A stretch of 64,000 nt of DNA, from the NCBI GenBank assembly GCA_964016885.1, contig OZ024743.1:220596001-220660000 (forward strand), read 5' to 3'. Origin of the DNA: Eledone cirrhosa. Taxonomy: Eukaryota. This document shows, in pieces, positions 1-14,367 of this stretch (within the stretch, counting starts at the first letter, position 1; each line of letters starts with the position of its first letter). The position numbers and the translations under genes were made by a program. The notes below the pieces were generated by a model. It was not told the origin of the DNA. It searched no databases and worked only from the letters and a program-made list of their open reading frames with translations.

Positions 1-1145
1 CCACCACCGCAGCCACCACCACCACCACCAACAGGACTACTACCACCACCACCGCAACCACCACCACCACCACCACCACCACCACCAACAGGACTACTAC
101 CACCACCACCGCAGCCACCACCACCACCACCACCAACAGGACTACTACCACCGCAACATACCACCACCACCACCACCACCAACAGGACTACTACCACCAC
201 CGCAGCCACCACCACCACCACCACCAACAGGACTACTACCACCACCGCAGCCACCACCACCACCACCACCAACAGGACTACTACAACCACCACCGCAACC
301 ACCACCACCACCACCACCACCACCACCACCACCACCAACAGGACTACTACCACCACCACCGCAACCACCACCACCACCACCACCACCACCACCACCACCA
401 ACAGGACTACTACCACCACCAACGCAACCACCACCACCACCACCGCAACCACCACCACCACCACCACCAACAGGACTACTACCACCACCACCGCAACCAC
501 CACCACCACCACCACCACCAACAGGACTACTACCACCACCACCGCAACCACCACCACCACCACCACCACCACCACCACCACCACCACCAACAGGACTACT
601 ATCACCACCACCGCAACCACCACCACCACCACCACCACCACCACCAACAGGACTACTACCACCACCACCGCAACCACCACCACCACCACCACCACCACCA
701 CCAACAGGACTACTACCACCACCACCGCAACCACCACCACCACCAACAGGACTACTAACACCACCACCGCAACCACCACCAACAGGACTACTACCACCAC
801 CACCGCAACCACCACCACCACCAACAACAGGACTACTACCTCCACCACCACCACCACCACCGCCACAACTACCACCACAACTACCACCGCCACAACTACC
901 ACCATCACTACCACCGCAACCACCACCACCACCAACAACAACAGGACTACTGCCACCACCACCACTACCACCGCAACCACCACCACCAACAACAACAGGA
1001 CCACTACCACCACCACAACTACCACCGCAGCCACCACCACCAACTACAACACGACTACCACCACCACCACCATCACCACCACCACCATCACCACCACCAC
1101 CACCACCACCACCAACACCGACACCACCACCACTGACACCACCAC
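1..1145. repeat. (CCA)n-based minisatellite with recurring unit AACAGGACTACTACCACCACCACCGCAACC
   Basis: Unit recurs more than 15 times, separated by variable (CCA)n runs; continues off the window start. Confidence 0.9.
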
Positions 1146-1890
1146 CTCCTTGCTACACAACACAAACAACAACAACAATCAGTACCAAAAATAGTCCCAT
1201 TAAATTGCTGCTGCCCTGAATTTATTCTCTATCCGGAGAGCAACAACAACAACATCAACACCACCACCAACAACAACAACATCAACAACAACGCCAACAA
1301 TAACGTCAACAACAGCAACACCGTCAAGTAAAGGACGACATAGTAAAACCAAACATGCAACTTTGCCTAGAAATTTAAAATGCTATCAATTATGTAAATT
1401 TTCCCTAATGATATATTGATGAATTGCATAGAAAATGTCAAATGTCAATCTCCATTTTAAAGATCACTGCTTTAGAATCATAACAAAGGGAGAGCAAGCT
1501 ACATTTATCTTTGTGCCGAGTTTATTACGAGCTTGGCATTTTCATAACCGATTTTATAGGATGTACCGCAATCGATAAATGATAAATGCTATGGAAATCA
1601 ATTATAGATATAATGTGTTATATGCAGTGTTATATGCAATGTTATTATATGAAGTGTTACTATATGCAGTGGAAGATTTTAAGTTTTAAATGGCTCTTAG
1701 TAATAATAGATGGTTGGATTATTTGCATTCTATGGTTAGGGGGTTAGTTTTAGTTTTCAGTTTGAGTCAATAAATTGAACTCTAAGTCCCTCTCTATCTC
1801 TCTCTATTTCTTTCTTTCTCTCTTTCTCTATTTCTTTCTCTCTCCCTGCCTCTTTCTTCCTTTCTCTCTCTCTCTCTTCCGATCTCTTCC

Positions 1891-1973
<83 letters not shown>

Positions 1974-1974
<1 letters not shown>

Positions 1975-2032
1975 TCCAGAAATAGCCGTCGAAACGGCTT
2001 GAGCTCTGCCGTCGGGGTCAAACATTTTCCTA
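1974..2032 (+). mobile_element. PLE-like terminal fragment, family B (3' half of HHR-like motif), in (TA)n
   Basis: GTCCAGAAATAGCCGTCGAAACGGCTTGAGCTCTGCCGTCGGGGTC also occurs at 24115, 53355-53496 (both orientations), 53286 and divergently at 58918. Confidence 0.6.
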
Positions 2033-2041
2033 TATACATAT

Positions 2042-2268
<227 letters not shown>

Positions 2269-2698
2269 ATAGAAATGGCTTCTACACGCACAAATAATTG
2301 TATATAAGGTGACGAAATATGTTAGGCGATCGGATAGAATGCCTTGCGGTAATCATTCCAGCTCTCTGCCCTCTGAGTTTAAATCTCGCTGTGGTGAGTT
2401 GAACTTCATCTTCCATCATTTTTAAGTTGATATATAAGGTAGCAGTCATGTACTGAGGGTCGTTTCACCACTCTCACTCTTCCTTTCCTTCTATACAACT
2501 CTCTCTCACTCTTTTCCCCACTTTTCCACCCTCTCTATCACTCTTTTTATTTTTCTTCATGTATTCAGCAGACTCAGAGAGAGAGAGGAACTTCGCTCGG
2601 TTTAAATTTTCAAGTCACGCTGTACGTGATATTTAAGGCAAAGGCACGAGGACACGTGCTTGTGTGAAAAACTACTGTGTGTTCACCCGCGCTTGCTG

Positions 2699-2729
<31 letters not shown>

Positions 2730-2966
2730 AGAGTGTGAGGGAGAGAGGAACATCCGTGTACATACATGCGTGTACGGGCGTGCCTATGTGAGAAAGGAAC
2801 AGTTGTTATATTAAACATGTATTATTAAAAAGAATCACCAATTCGCTGGAGTTTGATCTAAATTATTAATAAATTTTCGATTTCCCTTATTACACCATTA
2901 TGTTTCGTTCGGAACAATAAATTTCCTAGTTGCACTAACGTTTCTATACCGTAGGTGTGTGTATGT

Positions 2967-3013
<47 letters not shown>

Positions 3014-4140
3014 TGTGTATGTGTATGTGTGTGTGCGCGTGTGTGTTACTGAAGTTGTGTAGAAAGGCAAGAAACACGGGCATGATGAGATATTAATGAT
3101 GGTGTCATTATCACCGGATTTCAAGCTTTCATCCGTTAACTACGAATTTTTGTCGGTGATCAGGAAGTAGTTTTTTGGAGGTTATTGGGGTACGCTATCA
3201 GTAATTTAATATTTTTGTTCTGTTCTGTTATCAATATAGCCTTTATGATTAATATTTTAGTTGATGTTTGGAAATCCATCACAATATGGTTGTAATATCC
3301 ACTAATGTTTTTTTTCCTTCTTTCTATCTAATTTTGTTTTGTTTGTGTAATGTAATATAATGTAATATGATGTGTTGCAATAGCTCTTTGGTGTAAATAC
3401 TTAGGCAACAAGCGAAAAATCAAACAAAATATAATGGATTTACAAGGAAATATGAAAACCTGAAAAAATGAGATTGTTATCCACAGCTACTCTGATTTTT
3501 GCATTTCCGCTTTATATTGCTGTGGAAAGCGGAAACGGGAAAAAGCTGAGGGTAGCGAATGTAGTAAATCACAGCTTTAAATAAATGAATATACATATAT
3601 GAATTTAGATGTTCTTAAAAGAGATTTATTGATAGTTTTAAAATATTTTCTTAATAAATTTAAAATTTCGTTGTATTTTATGGACATTTATGTTCATTTT
3701 GAAAATCTGAACAATATATTTGGCAAATAATGTGCTGATTAAAACTATAAATAATATATTTTAAGAACGATTTTTATAATTTATTTTACTAAAGTATATT
3801 CAGACAATGTGGGTGTCCTCATTTTTCGATATGTTCAAATTCGAACTTAAATGCTTTGAGGATTGATATTTATAGTCCTATGACTAAAACTACTTTAATT
3901 CCCATATATTTAGACCTGCTGTGAAATTGGGTCTGTAATTAAGATATTTATGCAAACACACATGTGTGTCTATATATGCATGTGTATATATGCATGTATG
4001 TATGTATGTATGTATGTATGTATGTATGTATGTATGTATGTATGTATGTATGTATGTATGTATGTATGTATGCATGTATGTATATATATGTGTGTTTGTA
4101 TGTATGTGTGTTTGTATTTGCGTTTGTGTGTTTGTGTGTA

Positions 4141-4197
<57 letters not shown>

Positions 4198-4784
4198 CTG
4201 TGTGTGTTAGGGTGTCTATTTCGGGAAGGGTAGATAGAGACAAAGAGAAACGGAAAGGGATAGAGAGAAGTAGGTAGATAAAGACGAAATATGATGGGAT
4301 AGTTAATCGTTTGACATTTAATCATAAATAACTCTGCTGGTGCAGTGGATTAGGAAATGGGAGTTCATGAGTTATTCAAAGTAATTTAGCGTAATTAGTG
4401 AAATAACTGCTTGTAGGATACAGTCTTAGGTCGCACAACTGATTCGTTGTGAACTAGTAGTATGATATATTTAGATTTACATACATACTGAAGCTGTCTA
4501 TAATTACCCTTTAGGTCTTTGTCGAAAGAGTTATATGACTACGTGATAGAATAGCTATACTGCACGACATATGCAAATGCTGGTTTTATTATAAGTATGA
4601 AAGATTTCTCCAGCAAAGAAACATCGAAACATGCTCAACAATGGCTGAACAATCTGAAATGGTGGTGGTCTAAAAAAGGAAATAATCATCTTTATATACT
4701 CACGTGCTTCTATTCATTTAATTTGATCCAATATTTTTATATCATACTCCATTAATACATAATTTTAAAGAACGTAATAATGGT

Positions 4785-5080
4785 TTCTGATTTAGGCACA
4801 AGGCCAACAATTTTGGGGGAGAGGAAGTCGATTAAATAAACCTCCTGTGCGATAAAATAAAGGGGTCGATAAAATAAAGTACCAGTAATGTACTGGGTAA
4901 TTGCTGGCCTTGTGCCAAAAGTAGAAACAATTATTTGTGTTTTATTTTATCGACCTTGTAAAGATGAAAGAGCAAAGCTAACCGCGGCGGGATTTGAATT
5001 CAGAACGTAAAGTGACATAACTATATGCCACAAAGTATGTTGCCGACGTTCTACCGATTACTGCCAATCCGCCACCCTTG
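4785..5080 (-). mobile_element. tRNA-derived SINE (family 1) with a nested opposite-strand partial copy at ~4861-4935
   Basis: B-box-like GAATTCAAATCC on minus; GGGGTCGATAAAATAAAGTACCAGT body shared with 47768-47954 and many other copies. Confidence 0.7.
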
Positions 5081-6499
5081 TAATTTTCTTGATGATGATA
5101 TTAATGATAATTATGATGCTGAAACTTCTGTTGGGTTCGACGATAAGCTTTCAGTTGTTTGTTCGACTGGCGAATCCACATATATGTTACTGAGGCATTC
5201 TACAGACACGTGTACTCATAATATAATTCTGAAAGATATTTAGCGTGATACAGTGTGTAACAAAACTGAACTACTTAATTTGAGGTACAGTTCGTTCGAC
5301 AACCTTTCAAAATATTTCCCTCAATCTAGTTTCTCTCACAAAACTTGGATCTAACAGGAGTTGTGAAATTGAAACCTGGATGGTATGATTGTGAAGTGAG
5401 CATCTTAAGAATTCGGTCATACTACGTCTATTCAATTGTCCATAAATATATACGAAAGGGATATAAATATTGAAGCGTGTTTGCGTATGAGAGATTGAAT
5501 ACTTCAATATAAAGTATAGCATATTTAATTGAATTACCCCTTTTATGCTTAACATTAAAAATAAATTAACTGTACTCCTGATGAAAGAAAAAAACTAAGC
5601 TAATAGAATAAAAGGAAGAGATGGATGAATGATACTACATCATTTCTAATGGCAGGAAAAAAATAACCCTTATTCTGAAATGAATGAAATACACAAACGA
5701 AGGTTTTCGTCGCCATCTTATACCATATATAGCGTGTTTTTGTTAAACGAAGGGCATTCCTGACGAGATCGTATAAACTTTTATATTTTGTATTTCTATT
5801 ATTGGACATGCCATTTGTAGGTTTCGTAAGGCTTTTGAAAACTGTTGCAGGATAAATGTGTGCAGGAATATAATTCTTCTGGTGGGCAGTGTAAAGAAAG
5901 AAATAGTCAAGGTGTTGGCGAAGTTTTTTAATGGTTGTTTGCATACCCTTTCAGATGTAATATTACAAGTGAAAGGGATAGTGTAATACTTACCAGAGGC
6001 AGGTTTTGTACTTGATGACATACTGTAGTGTTTCCAAAGATTAGAGATGGTTGATGATAGCAAAATCACTGGTTTCTGCATCAGCAGCTTCAGTAAGATG
6101 TGAATGTGAGAGCCAAGAACACTTGTAAGCTTTGAATTTACTGAGATAGTTGCCGTCAGTGATTGATGAAATTAGATGTCATATATGAAAGAAAAGATAT
6201 GGTCGACTAGTTGCTAATGTCTGGAGAAGTTAAGAGAACAGAACTATAAGTTTGCTTTAGTGATCGTAATCAGGTAGAACTTCAGTGTGAAAGATTCCTT
6301 CGGCGAAGAAACATATTTAAATTTTGAACGTATATTATTGTTTTGACATTATTTTGTGGTTAAAAATCGAAATGAATATTATATTTTGCGCAGTTAAATC
6401 CGGATATTATCTCGCATCATTGAATCAAATTTATACACATGATTCGATATTTGTCATCTAGTTATGGGGAATTGATTATAACTCTTCTTTGAATCTCGT

Positions 6500-6810
6500 A
6501 ACTCCTCATGGAGTCGTAGTGACGCCGTAGTGACATACAGCGTTTATTGGGCATCGTCAGCCTGGCTGAGCCCATCCCTCTCCAGGCATGACTGCAGCAG
6601 ATAGAAAGTGAGACAGAGGAAGCGAGAAAGAAATATTGAATACGAATCGACACCCAGTACTAGACAGGTACTTTTTTTTTATCGACATCGAATAAATAAA
6701 AGGCATAAATGACACGGGAAGGCTTTGAACTCAGAGATTAGAGAGCTGAAACGAATACCACAAAGCAATCTATCAAACGTTCTAATGGCTCTGCCAGTAC
6801 GCCGACTTTG
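6500..6810 (-). mobile_element. SINE family 1, long form with GA-rich linker and 3' extension
   Basis: Same architecture as 26290-26780, 29045-29355, 49660-49985 and 50800-51020. Confidence 0.65.
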
Positions 6811-7018
6811 ACAATAATTTGGTAAAGTTCTCTATTGTTCTGTAGTTACCTAAACGTGAATATACGTTTTAGGACATAAAGAGAAACGAATGAATTGCAT
6901 TGGTTTGCCTTCTAATGTAATGAGTTTCTATATGTATTAACATTTAAACTGTACGAATTGATACGAATACATACATATAATCGCATACATACACAAAATC
7001 ACACAGGCACATATATAA

Positions 7019-7110
<92 letters not shown>

Positions 7111-7129
7111 GCACGCACGCACGCACACA

Positions 7130-7261
<132 letters not shown>

Positions 7262-7280
7262 AATATGTATGTATGTATGT

Positions 7281-8050
7281 TCTGGTTTTATAATTTCACA
7301 AATTTTTGCAAATAGAGTGAGAGAGAGTCGGTTTCTAACACAGTTACAACACTCTCTCATTTTACACATCAACTAGGTAGATATGTATGCATGCATGTGT
7401 AGGTATGGATGTTATTGTATGTGTGGATATGGATGCTTTGAGTTGTATGTGTGCATGTGTATACGCTTTGTATCTGTACATGTGTATATGCAGTTATTAG
7501 ATGCAACATTTTGGAATGTTTTAGATATTTTTACTGTTCTATTAATGGATTGTACTTGTAATTTCCTAACTAGTTGTGTTCTTTCTGTTCCTGTGAAGCC
7601 CAGCTTCTCAAGATTTGTATTGAGGCAGTTACTAACATATCCCAGTTCCCCAATAATCAAAGGTATAAATCTGAAGGTATAATCAAGGTGGAGTATTTGC
7701 AGATTTCTCATTAGTTCTGTATAAATAGTCTCCTTTTCGCTAATTTTTGATATTATATTAGCATCTGCTGGGCAGCTAACTTCTACTACTGTGCATGCCT
7801 TCTTTTCCCTGTCACTTATCATAATATCTGGTCTGTTATGCCTGCATTTTATTGGGGTTTTTACTGGAATATTCCACCAGTACTCTTTCATATGTATATG
7901 TATATTTTCCACATTGCTGTAGCTTTTAGTGTGTTTATTATTGAGGCTATCTTTTCTACGGATTGCCTTGTACAGTGTTTTGGCCACTACATCATGCCTC
8001 ATAGGTAGATAGTACCGCGATGACATCTTTGGATAGCTGCTTACGACAGC
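7281..8050 (-). mobile_element. 5'-truncated R4/Dong-clade non-LTR retrotransposon: restriction-like endonuclease C-terminus plus 3' UTR
   Basis: ORF 7412-8026: RHDVVAK...WWNIPVKT...HNRPDIMISDREKKACTVVEVSCP...EKETIY...IPLIIGELG, the PD-(D/E)xK RLE signature of R4-type elements. Confidence 0.85.
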
Positions 8051-8074
8051 TGCTTATATATGTATGTATGTATT

Positions 8075-8650
8075 GAGTGCTACTGGTAACATGTAACCCA
8101 GTACAACCTGTCGCATCGCCGGGTTGTCGGCGACTAAACCGGCAACCCCACTTGCTGAGGAGGGTGATTTTGGACACCCTGCAGGACAAAAAACCAAAAC
8201 CTGACAAAGGGCGGAAGAACTCATAAGAGCCAACGACCATCCAAAAGTGTGTGCATATGTATATGTGTATATAATGGGTGCATGTGTATGTATATGCGCG
8301 GGGACATAGAAATAGCCGAGCTGTACACCCGATCGCGCGGTTAAACCATTGGGAGTAAAGAAACCTCTAGCCTTTGTCAGGGCATTCTACTAGGAAAGGC
8401 AATTCAGGAAAAGGGGATAATTCCGATATAAAACTTGCGGCTCAGTAGTTACCGAAGATGTTGATCTTTTCCTCTTTATGGGTTATAGCTACTGTCGCTC
8501 AGAGAGTGGGATTGGCTCAGTGCACAGTCTTTCCTCACTTTAAAAAATATCTTCACGCACAAGCATTGCACAATAGAATTAATTAATAATTATTAATAAT
8601 GGTATATCGTGCAATGGCCATACCCGATAACGAGGGAGCAGCCATCATGT
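8075..8650 (+). mobile_element. Divergent copy of the ~600-bp (TATG)n-tailed non-autonomous retroelement
   Basis: Colinear with 56180-56774; ends GCAGCCATC(ATGT)n. Confidence 0.65.
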
Positions 8651-8721
8651 ATGTATGTATGTATGTATGTATGTATGTATGTATGTATGTATGTATGTAT
8701 GTATGTATGTATGTATGTGAA

Positions 8722-9178
8722 GATTTTATAGTGAGCAAAGGCACTGCACAAAGCCAGTCCCACTCTCTTAACCAAGATGATATTTACCAAAAAGAAGAAC
8801 AGGTCAACATCATTGGATACCATCTATATCAGAGTTTTCCTTCTCCTAGAATTCTGCCTTGACAAAGGCTAAGGGGTCATCTCTCCCGGTGATTTTGGAT
8901 GGCCATTGACTATTAAGAGCTCCTTTTCCCTTTGACAGATTTTGTTTTTCACGGCACAGGCACTGCTTTATATCTGGAGATCTCTCTGCACTTGTAATCA
9001 CATGGTACTATGGGCCCAGCACTATGTGTCAATAATTGTCACAAGTGTAGTGTTTGTACCAGTGTTTTCAAGTCTCTGGCTGGACTAAAAAGTCACACTC
9101 TTTCAGCGCATCGGTAGGAGTTCTCGTACATGGATATAAAGTAGTGGCCGTACTCGAAAACAAGTTGGCAGCCACCAT
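8722..9178. mobile_element. Rearranged copy of the ~600-bp element: inverted middle part (8722-8950) joined to a sense 3' part (to 9178)
   Basis: Direct comparison with 56180-56774. Confidence 0.75.
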
Positions 9179-9270
9179 GTATGTATGTATGTATGTATGT
9201 ATGTATGTATGTATGTATGTATGTATGTATGTATGTATGTATGTATGTATGTATGTATGTATGTATGTAT

Positions 9271-9931
9271 CTATGGTAACATGTATCTGGTAACATGTAT
9301 CCCAGTACAACCTGTCTCATGTATATATCTATGGTAACATGTATCTGGTAACAAGTATCCCAGTACAACCTGTCTCATGGTCGGGTCGTTGGCGACTAAA
9401 CTGGCAACCCCACCAAGGTTTCTTGGTGAGGAGGGTGACTTTGGACATCCTGCAGGACAAAAAAAAACACCTGTGAAAGGCCAAAGGAGCTCTTAAGAGT
9501 CAATGGCCATCCAAAATCACCAGGAGAGATGACCCCTTAGCCTTTGTCAAGGCAGAATACTAGGAGAAGGAAAACTCTGATATAACACCTGCAACCTTGA
9601 TGGTATCCAATGATGTTGACTTGTTCTTCTTTTTGGTAAATATCATCTTGGTTAAGAGAGTGGGACTGGCTTTGTGCAGTGCCTTTGCTCACTATAAAAG
9701 CTTCACGGCACAGGCATTGCTTTATATCTGAAGATCTCTCTACACTTGTCGTCATATGGTAACATGAGACCAGCACTATGTGTCAATAATTGTCACAAGT
9801 GTAGTGTTTGTACCAGAGTTTTCAAGTCGCTGGCTGGACTAAAACGTCACACTCGCTCAGCGTATCGGTAGGGGTTTTCTTACATGGATATAAAGTAGTG
9901 GCCATACTCGAAAACGAGTTGGCAGCCACCA
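9271..9931 (+). mobile_element. ~600-bp non-autonomous retroelement, RTE-like 5' region, (TATG)n tail; 5' ~50 bp tandemly duplicated
   Basis: High similarity to 56180-56774; GGCAACCCC...GGAGAAGGAAAACTCTGA resembles RTE-clade 5' UTRs. Confidence 0.7.
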
Positions 9932-9950
9932 TGTATCTATGTATGTATGT

Positions 9951-10333
9951 TCTTCTGGTTTTATAATTTCACAAATTTTTACCAATAGAGAGAGAGTCGG
10001 TTTCTAACATAGACACAAGACTCTCTCATTGGAATTTACACAACATCAACTAGGTAGATTATATATGCATATCTGCATGTGTAGATATGGATGTTATTGT
10101 ATTTGTGGATGTGTATGTTTTGAGTTGTATGTGTGCATGTGTATATGTTTTGTATCTGTACATGTGTATATGCAGTTATTAGATGCAATATTTTTGGAAT
10201 GCTTTACATGTTTTTACTGTTCCATTAATGGATTGCACTTGTAATTTCCTAACTAGTGTTCTTTCTGTTCCTGTGAAGCTTAGCTTCTCAAGATTTGCAT
10301 TGAGGCAGTTACTAACATACCCTGTGCCCCAAT
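9951..10333 (-). mobile_element. Second, shorter 3' fragment of the same R4/Dong-clade element
   Basis: Colinear with 7281-7655; flanked on both sides by (TATG)n. Confidence 0.85.
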
Positions 10334-10941
10334 AATGTATGTATGTATGTATGTATGTATGTATGTATGTATGTATGTATGTATGTATGTATGTGTGTGT
10401 GTGTGTATGTATATATGATTATATATGTGCCTGTGTGATTTTGTGTATGCATGCGATTATGTGTATGTATTCGAATCAATTCGTATATATCTATACATAT
10501 ATATATATATACGTATATATACATATATATATGACGGCGATAAATAAAGAAATAAAATAAAAATGGCGTAGGCATTACAATACAATACAATAGGAGGGAA
10601 CATAATGGCATAAGCATTACAATACAATACATTAGGAGGGAACTGATGATGTTGCCCATGTGCATCGAAAAAACTTTGATAGACTATATATATTTATATC
10701 TGTATTTTTAACAGTTGGTCAATCAATGATAAACGTTGATTGCCAAATAAATTAACTGCGGAGATATAAAAGGTACAGAAGCGTAAACCAACCAAACAGT
10801 GAGTGTGTTCTGTTATTATTTCTGGCAATATTATTACAATATGACCCTCCCTCCCCAAGTATAACCATATATATATGTATACATATATATATATGTATAC
10901 TTATATATATATGTATATATATACATACACACACACACACA

Positions 10942-10980
<39 letters not shown>

Positions 10981-11384
10981 TATATATATATACATATATA
11001 TATCTATATGTATATATCCATATGTAGTTGACGGCCGAGAGAAAAGAGTACTCAATACCGAAGAAAAGATTTGTTAGTTTGGAGTTTCGCCATATATATA
11101 TATATATGGGAGGGGGAGATATGTGTGTAATTTTGTTTCCATGCATTCCTATTTATACATAAATGTGTATATATAAATGTGTATGCATAAACATACATAG
11201 GAATATATGTGAGATTGTATCACAGGACGAAAAAGAAAAGAAATTCGTTTGACAAAGATTTAATACTAAATTTAAGAAATAATTATAATGTATTCTTCCA
11301 AACTTCCGATCACGTTTAGATATTTAGATATTTTAAAAAATGGTTCCGTAATGGCCGCAGTATTTTGTAAATTCTTTTGTAAAG

Positions 11385-11464
<80 letters not shown>

Positions 11465-11588
11465 GTGTGTGTGTGTGTGTGTGTTCGTGTGTGTGTGTGT
11501 ATATATATATATACAGACACACACACACATATATATATGTATATATATATATTATATATACATGCACATATATGCATATATATATTTA

Positions 11589-11692
<104 letters not shown>

Positions 11693-11757
11693 CTGATGGT
11701 AGCTTCCATAGGCGGTATGCCGGTTGAGCACTCTATGCTCTTACAGAGCAGAGTATG

Positions 11758-11983
11758 ATAGAATAGAAAACGAAAAATCAGTGAAGCATCTGAACTCAAT
11801 TTATTGTGTGTTACAATTGTTTCGCCGGCGGACAGTTCGAGACGCGATCATTGTGTGGATCTGTCTGATTCGACGGAAACGTTTAATGATTTCACAATGA
11901 TCGCGTCTCGAGCTGTCCGCCGGCGAAACAATTGTAACACACAATAAATTGAGTTCAGATGCATCACTGATTTTTCGTTTTCT

Positions 11984-11990
<7 letters not shown>
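11758..11990. repeat. Inverted repeat (98-bp arms, 37-nt loop), PLE-like family D with HHR 3' half GAAAC-AATT-GTA and AATAAA
   Basis: Arms 11758-11855 and 11893-11990 are near-perfect reverse complements. Confidence 0.85.
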
Positions 11991-12033
<43 letters not shown>

Positions 12034-12123
12034 TATATTTATATACAGGGTGTCCCTAAAAGATATGCGCACTTTGATTAGAATCATGTTTATGTGTCTA
12101 TACATTCTTTGAGACACCCTGTA

Positions 12124-12202
<79 letters not shown>

Positions 12203-12419
12203 TAGACGTGTGTAATTTCGCGGAGAAGTTTCCGTTAATTTATGTAAGAAAAAAACGTGAGTTTTCAGTTAAATTTATATTATTGTGTAACTTGACCCTC
12301 CGTCTGGACTTTCAGGTGGTGGGTCAACTCATTTTCTTCCCTACAGGGGCGAAATTTTCGTTTGAAAAATTTTTTCTCCATCGAATTTTGGAAACAAATA
12401 TTATAAGTTTGATTACGTT

Positions 12420-14334
12420 ATGAACGCTGCGTTCAACGATAATGGTGGTGGAGAGTCGGTAAGACTACAGAGCTCGCAGTCAATATCGTCTTCTTCCCTA
12501 GATACTATAGAGATGGAAAGACGAAATGAAAATGTAAAAACAAATTCATATCCAAACAACACAAATGACACCAAACAGTTCAATGACAACAAAAATAACA
12601 GCAACACCAATAATGATGATAAAAACAACAATGATAACAACAACAAAGAAAAAAATAAAGACAACACCAATAACACCAGCATCAAAGACAACAATAACAC
12701 CAAGGAAAATACGAATAATATCAACATCGGTGACAACAAGAATAACAACAACAATAACAACAATAATGACAACATCACCAACACGGATAATTCCACAAAG
12801 GAACCAAAATCTCCTTTGCAGAGACAGTTCAAAAAAAGGAGGAACTGATATATCTCGACATAACAAATGCTGAACAACTTTTAAAGGACGCTAGGAGATA
12901 TGTCACTTTCGAAAAAAATGGTGCTTTCAGCATCAATTCTCCGGTAGAAATACGCAAGGAAACTGCTCTCAAAACGATAGTTTTTAGGACAGTTTCCAAT
13001 TCTACCCGAAAACCAGTCCAAGTGTCACAGAAAGAAATTGAACTGGTTTTCAAAAATTCAATGAATGATATTGCATTCATTCAAAGAAGCAAACTTTTTG
13101 GGAGTATTTCGGTACTCATGAAGGATCAATTGACGGCCCAAAATTACTCTGTGTCGCCAATTGTATCCAACCTGTACACCTTTTTCCCTACATACATGGG
13201 AAAAAGGACACAAAAGATCAAAATCACGAGTGTCACACCAAAGGTGAACATATTGTGGATACTATGCGGCTTCATCAATTTTGATGAAGACAGAATACTG
13301 TCAGTAGGAAAGTCCCCCAGAGATGTATTCAATGGGACTAGCATTGAAGTTCTAGTGCAAATGAGCCCAGAGCGAATAGCTATGATCCCACAACGTGTAC
13401 TCCTGGACAGACTCACCTACATAAACTTTTCGGTTGAGGGTAGGCGGCCTTCATGTTACCATTGCTTTAGCAGGGGTCACCTGAGGGCTTGCTGTCCTAA
13501 ATTAATGAATAAAAAAAGGCTCTTCTGCCGACACCCATCAAAACAACACAACCACCAACACCACCACAACAACAACACCAACACACAAAAATAACCACAA
13601 CAAACACAGTCCCACCCAACCCTACTCCACCTAAAACCACTGCAAAATCACATACAGACACAACAGCTCCCCAAGACATACCCCTCCCCTATCACACAGA
13701 CGATACAACAGATGAGGCTATCTCGCCATCACCCAGTGAAGACGAGGGAGAACCCCATCGCTCGAAAAGAAAGAAAAGACATCACAAAAGCAAAAGACCA
13801 GCAAACACTACTACAAACATACAACCACCAACACAAACAACAAAAACATCACAAACAAAACCCCCACCTCCTGAAAACAAAATACCTACAACAAAACGAA
13901 AGCACACACAAACACTACAGACAAAAACAAACACAACACAAGAAAATTACACTTACACTTACATAAACACTGAAAACAAAACACTAATGGAGACCATCAC
14001 GAAGGACCCTTCGGTGAAAACCGAAGGGAAAACTTTCGCCCACTCTATTAAAAATAGCAAAAAACTGAACCTAAAACTGATTAGGGTCCCTATACGAACT
14101 AATAGGTCCCTAAAAGAAACATTTGAGAAGGATGTGGGGAATTCCTGCGTGAAACCACTTAACCGCGTCCTTCTCAAATGTCTCCCCAACCCAGACACCC
14201 CCATCCCACCAGACCCCACCCCACCAAACATCTCCGTCCCCACCCCGCCGGAAACCACCACCCATCCAGACAACCCCTCCAACACCCCCAGGGAAATCGT
14301 GCAGCCTGGTCCCCAGGAGACGAAGGGTGAGTGA
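12420..14334 (+). pseudogene. Tx1-type ORF1 (gag-like), frameshifted; Asn-rich N-terminus, zinc knuckle, Thr/Pro-rich C-terminus
   Basis: VEGRRPSCYHCFSRGHLRACCP (CX2CX4HX4C); ORF pieces 12420-12848, 13022-13594 and 13987-14334. Confidence 0.8.
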
Positions 14335-14367
14335 TCTCTTTTCCTCTTTTAACTTTTCAGCACCAAC

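Noticed and set aside
1733-1760. GGTTAGG-like telomeric motif
   Set aside because: Only about two imperfect units
5600-6081. Overlapping minus-strand ORFs and CTGACGA/CTGATGA motifs at ~5760 and ~5578
   Set aside because: May be a decayed element, but no recognisable protein motif and no complete HHR fold could be read
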